From Bdellovibrionales bacterium (GTDB lineage: Bacteria > Bdellovibrionota > Bdellovibrionia > Bdellovibrionales > Bdellovibrionaceae): a stretch of 18,358 nt of DNA. A model generated the notes under the pieces. It saw only the letters and a list, made by a program, of their open reading frames with translations. It searched no databases and was not told the DNA's origin. A program made the position numbers and the translations under genes. Location: NCBI GenBank assembly GCA_031370005.1, contig JANMPT010000026.1, positions 1-18,358 of the forward strand, in the 5' to 3' direction. Below are positions 15,667 through 18,358 of the stretch, piece by piece; position 1 is the stretch's first letter; each line of letters starts with the position of its first letter.

Positions 15667-16452
15667 GTAAAACAGACAAAATTAAACTACTTAATGCGAA
15701 ACTGGCCAGACGGAAAAATCAAGAGCTCTGTCTGGCTAAATGCCGAAGGCTACGGGGCAAACTTTATACAGAAATACAAAAGCAATAACTGGATCGAGGC
15801 CATAGGCACTGGGGCATTCAAAAAATCAGGCGACGAAGTCACTTGGGCCGCCGCCCTTGAGTGTCTGCAAAAACAATTAAAGTCAGAAGTTCATGTCGGC
15901 GGAAAAACTGCTATTGAGTTTGCTGGCAAGGCCCAGTACTTAAAGATGAAAGAAACAAGTGTCGTGGTGCTATCGAATAGAAAAGAAGCTCTGCCAGCTT
16001 GGATGAAAAAACATAATTGGAATGTGAATTTGGAATTTAAAGTCAAAAATATTTTTAAATCAAATTTGGCTTTTGGTGAAAAATCAAATGGCTTCACTGT
16101 TGTTGATACAGGCAAAGCCTCAATAATAGCTTCGGCTCCGGAAAGAGCCTATTTAGAATACCTTGATGAACTTCCGAAATCGGCCTCTTATACCGAAGCT
16201 AAAGAAATCATGGAAAACATGATCTCGCTTCGACCAACAATGGTTCAGCACCTTTTAGAAAACTGCACCTCTTTAAAAGTGAAAAGACTGTTTTTGCATT
16301 TCGCTGCAAAGATAAATCATCCTTGGTTCAAAAAGATGAGCCTTGAAAAAGTAGATTTAGGCACTGGCAAAAGAGTCATATTTCAAAACGGCGTTTTGGA
16401 TAAAAAATATAATATAACTGTACCGAAAGATGAATCCCGTGAAGAAGTCTAA
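15658..16452 (+). CDS. abiEi: Type IV TA AbiEi antitoxin (AbiEi_3-like)
   Basis: TKLNYL..WP.G...SVWL...GY, HVGGKTA...GKAQYL, LPAW, SAPERAYLE, SLRP..VQ.LLENC.S.KVKRLFL, VDLGTGKR, KYNITVP. Confidence 0.92.
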   Translation: MGIVKQTKLNYLMRNWPDGKIKSSVWLNAEGYGANFIQKYKSNNWIEAIGTGAFKKSGDEVTWAAALECLQKQLKSEVHVGGKTAIEFAGKAQYLKMKETSVVVLSNRKEALPAWMKKHNWNVNLEFKVKNIFKSNLAFGEKSNGFTVVDTGKASIIASAPERAYLEYLDELPKSASYTEAKEIMENMISLRPTMVQHLLENCTSLKVKRLFLHFAAKINHPWFKKMSLEKVDLGTGKRVIFQNGVLDKKYNITVPKDESREEV

Positions 16453-17347
16453 ATTTTATTCGCAAGTTGTTCTGCTGCTTGATGTGCTTCCGTACATCGC
16501 AAAAGAGTCTTGCTTTGCTCTTAAGGGTGGAACCGCTATCAATTTATTTATCAGAGATTTCCCGCGCCTTAGCGTGGATGCAGACTTAACTTATCTTTGT
16601 AATGAGTCTCGCGGAGAGGCTCTAGAAAAAATGGAAGAAGCCCTACTTCGAATAAAAAACGATTTAGAAAATCAAATTGGCGCAAAGGTTATTCCCAGCT
16701 CTCGCCAGTCACAAACAACAGATATTAAGCTATTTGTAAATCGTGACGGAGTTCAAGTAAAAATAGAAGCCAATCCTGTTTTGCGCGGAGTTCTTTATCC
16801 GGCTAAGACAATGTCTTTAAATTCAAAAGTGAGTTCTGAATTTGACAAAGAGTTTGATATTCAAATTTCAAGTTTGCCCGATCTTTATGGCGGTAAAATC
16901 GCAGCGGCTCTTGATCGCCAACATCCACGAGATTTATTCGACGTTAGGTTACTTCTGGAAAACGAAGGTATTTCAAAAGACATCATGACTGGATTTCTAG
17001 TCTATTTGATGTGCCACAAGCGACCACCGAATGAATTACTAAAACCAACTTTGCAGGACCAATCAGCGCTTTTCGATTCAGACTTCAAAGGCATGACTAA
17101 TATAGCATTTGATTACGCAGATTTTGAAAACACTCGAGAAGCTTTGATAGAAAAAATCAACAAAAGCATAAGTAGCTACGACAAGAAATTCTTGCTCTCG
17201 TTTTTTGATGGCAAGCCTGACTGGAGTCTATTCAGAGAATCACAAGCGCAAGAGTTGCCAGCGATCAAATGGAAGCTTATCAACTTGAACAAACTCGATT
17301 CAGCTAAAAGAACTGCGCAGATCGAGTCGTTGAAATCTATTTTCTAA
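16430..17347 (+). CDS. abiEii: AbiEii/AbiGii nucleotidyltransferase toxin
   Basis: FALKGGTAINLF..RLSVDADL, VKIEANPVLRG, LYGGKIAAALDRQHPRDLFD, LPAIKWKL.NL; overlaps abiEi by 23 nt. Confidence 0.93.
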   Translation: MNPVKKSKFYSQVVLLLDVLPYIAKESCFALKGGTAINLFIRDFPRLSVDADLTYLCNESRGEALEKMEEALLRIKNDLENQIGAKVIPSSRQSQTTDIKLFVNRDGVQVKIEANPVLRGVLYPAKTMSLNSKVSSEFDKEFDIQISSLPDLYGGKIAAALDRQHPRDLFDVRLLLENEGISKDIMTGFLVYLMCHKRPPNELLKPTLQDQSALFDSDFKGMTNIAFDYADFENTREALIEKINKSISSYDKKFLLSFFDGKPDWSLFRESQAQELPAIKWKLINLNKLDSAKRTAQIESLKSIF

Positions 17348-17414
17348 AAGCAGAAGCAATTTTCCTCCTTACGCCAGGAGCTCTAGACTTAACCAACCAC
17401 CTTATCCCACCCCT

Positions 17415-17447
17415 AAAAGAAAAAGTCCTGATTTTAATTCAGGGCTT
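17415..17447. terminator. Putative intrinsic terminator between abiEii and convergent sequence
   Basis: AAGTCCTGA-N7-TCAGGGCTT hairpin with an A-rich tract on its left (a U tract on the minus strand). Confidence 0.4.
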
Positions 17448-17509
17448 AGATGATTATTCTATATCTCGAAAACCAGCGGTTTTAGTCATCGACTCGGATA
17501 AATAAATAT

Positions 17510-17758
17510 TTATCTAGAAAAATATTTTTTGGCAAACTCAGGGTTGTACATTTTTCTCCACCTCAAATAGCCTTGAAGGCCGAGTCCTTCAGGCATCTTA
17601 TTAGCTTCAACTATAGAAATTGAATCGATGACAGGGTTACTTCTGATAATTTCTCGAATCCCACCGTCGATATTAGTCTGATAGTCCCTATTCATTGCAG
17701 ACGCTGCGCCATAATTAGCTCCGGCCGCTGCGTAAGATAGGTCAGTTCTAATAATATT
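17510..17758 (-). pseudogene. Probable 3' fragment of an unknown gene
   Basis: The frame stays open upstream of ATG 17695 to 17758 without a start or RBS; no family recognised. Confidence 0.3.
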
Positions 17759-18018
17759 TCAGGATGAGATGCAATTTCATCAAGTCTTCACAAATAAGTT
17801 GATCTTTTTGCTGAGGTTGGCCCTCTTGCCACTTGAGATATCAGGGACAACATGGTGGAAACCGTGGCTAAGTGCTTGAAATCCTTTAATCACCTACGTC
17901 GCCTTCAGACTTTGGATTCCATGGCTCTTATATTTTAAGTGTTGACCTCAGCACCTTCTTCGCACTAAAAAAAAGCGATTCGACAAACTTAAATCTGACA
18001 ATCAAAGCGGAGAATAAA

Positions 18019-18270
18019 ATGGCAGCCCAAAAACCAGTTAAAAAAGATAAAGAAAAAAAAGTATCTAAAATTAAAGTTACCGGATTTGTACCTTTAAAAT
18101 TCAAAGAATTTACTATCACTCAAAAAGCCTCAGGTCGTTATGAAGTCGTCAATGCAAAGGGCGCTAACGTAAATGGTGCTGAAAAAGTGAGTCTTTTGAC
18201 CGAAGCCAAGCTACTTAAAGTTTCTGAGAAAAAAGCAGCTACAGAGGAAACAGCGACTGCAGCGAACTAA
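18019..18270 (+). CDS. Small Lys-rich hypothetical protein
   Basis: GGAG RBS, TTGACC-N18-TAAAAA upstream (17942-17971); core EFTITQKASGRYEV...VNGAEKV.LL.EA.LL. Confidence 0.8.
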   Translation: MAAQKPVKKDKEKKVSKIKVTGFVPLKFKEFTITQKASGRYEVVNAKGANVNGAEKVSLLTEAKLLKVSEKKAATEETATAAN

Positions 18271-18358
18271 CTTCAGAGATTGTCTTTACTGCCTAATCGT
18301 TTGCAATTCACAGAGTTAATTCTCCGGAAGTGTCTTATGAAGCGCTGAACGCGTATTG

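Larger units (their letters stand above)
9719..17900. mobile_element. Decayed genomic island / remnants of conjugative elements at the tRNA-Cys 3' end
   Basis: Starts at the tRNA end; contains TA modules, coupling-protein-like stubs and many pseudogenes; no integrase or att direct repeat seen, so the right border is approximate. Confidence 0.65.

Noticed and set aside
17846..17858. GACAACATGGTGG resembling the tRNA 5' flank (9635-9649) as an att repeat
   Set aside because: Short, gapped and matching the wrong end of the tRNA; I found no repeat of the tRNA 3' end by eye.
945..18119. Short antisense or alternate-frame ORFs overlapping recognised genes (e.g. 945-1187, 2467-2709, 4386-4727, 5981-6307, 14603-14968, 17928-18119)
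   Set aside because: Shadows of well-supported genes, with no motifs or initiation signals.
1..18358. CRISPR array, IS element, integron attC array, rRNA
   Set aside because: No regularly spaced direct repeats, transposase, terminal inverted repeats, attC-like structures or rRNA-like sequence were seen.

Overview
The window looks like a Bdellovibrionota-type chromosome (inferred from gene content and promoter style) and has two halves. 1-9718 is intact core-like sequence: a partial CDS, a membrane LbH acyltransferase, a Zn-ribbon protein, a degenerate UDG-like gene coupled to nfeD-SPFH, a SpoIID/LytB protein, an unannotated 25-aa membrane peptide behind a sigma-28-type promoter, two lipoproteins behind a sigma-54-type promoter, xerD-like, comM/yifB and tRNA-Cys(GCA). 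About 9719-17900 is a decayed, integrase-less accessory region abutting the tRNA 3' end. Its clearly intact genes are toxin-antitoxin-type: a DUF6932-like nucleotidyltransferase + XRE-HTH pair, an orphan AbiEi and a complete AbiEi/AbiEii pair. The rest is frameshifted or fragmentary (HI1420-like antidote, GNAT, csbD, OmpA lipoprotein, histidine kinase). Main observation: both complete TA-like operons sit just downstream of homologous 3' stubs resembling a conjugative coupling-protein (TraD/VirD4-like) gene plus a shared RTCTCA-N3-TGAGAY palindrome. This suggests a swappable TA/defence cargo slot of related conjugative elements that accumulated at tRNA-Cys and lost their backbones. All family calls are motif recognition by eye, not database results.
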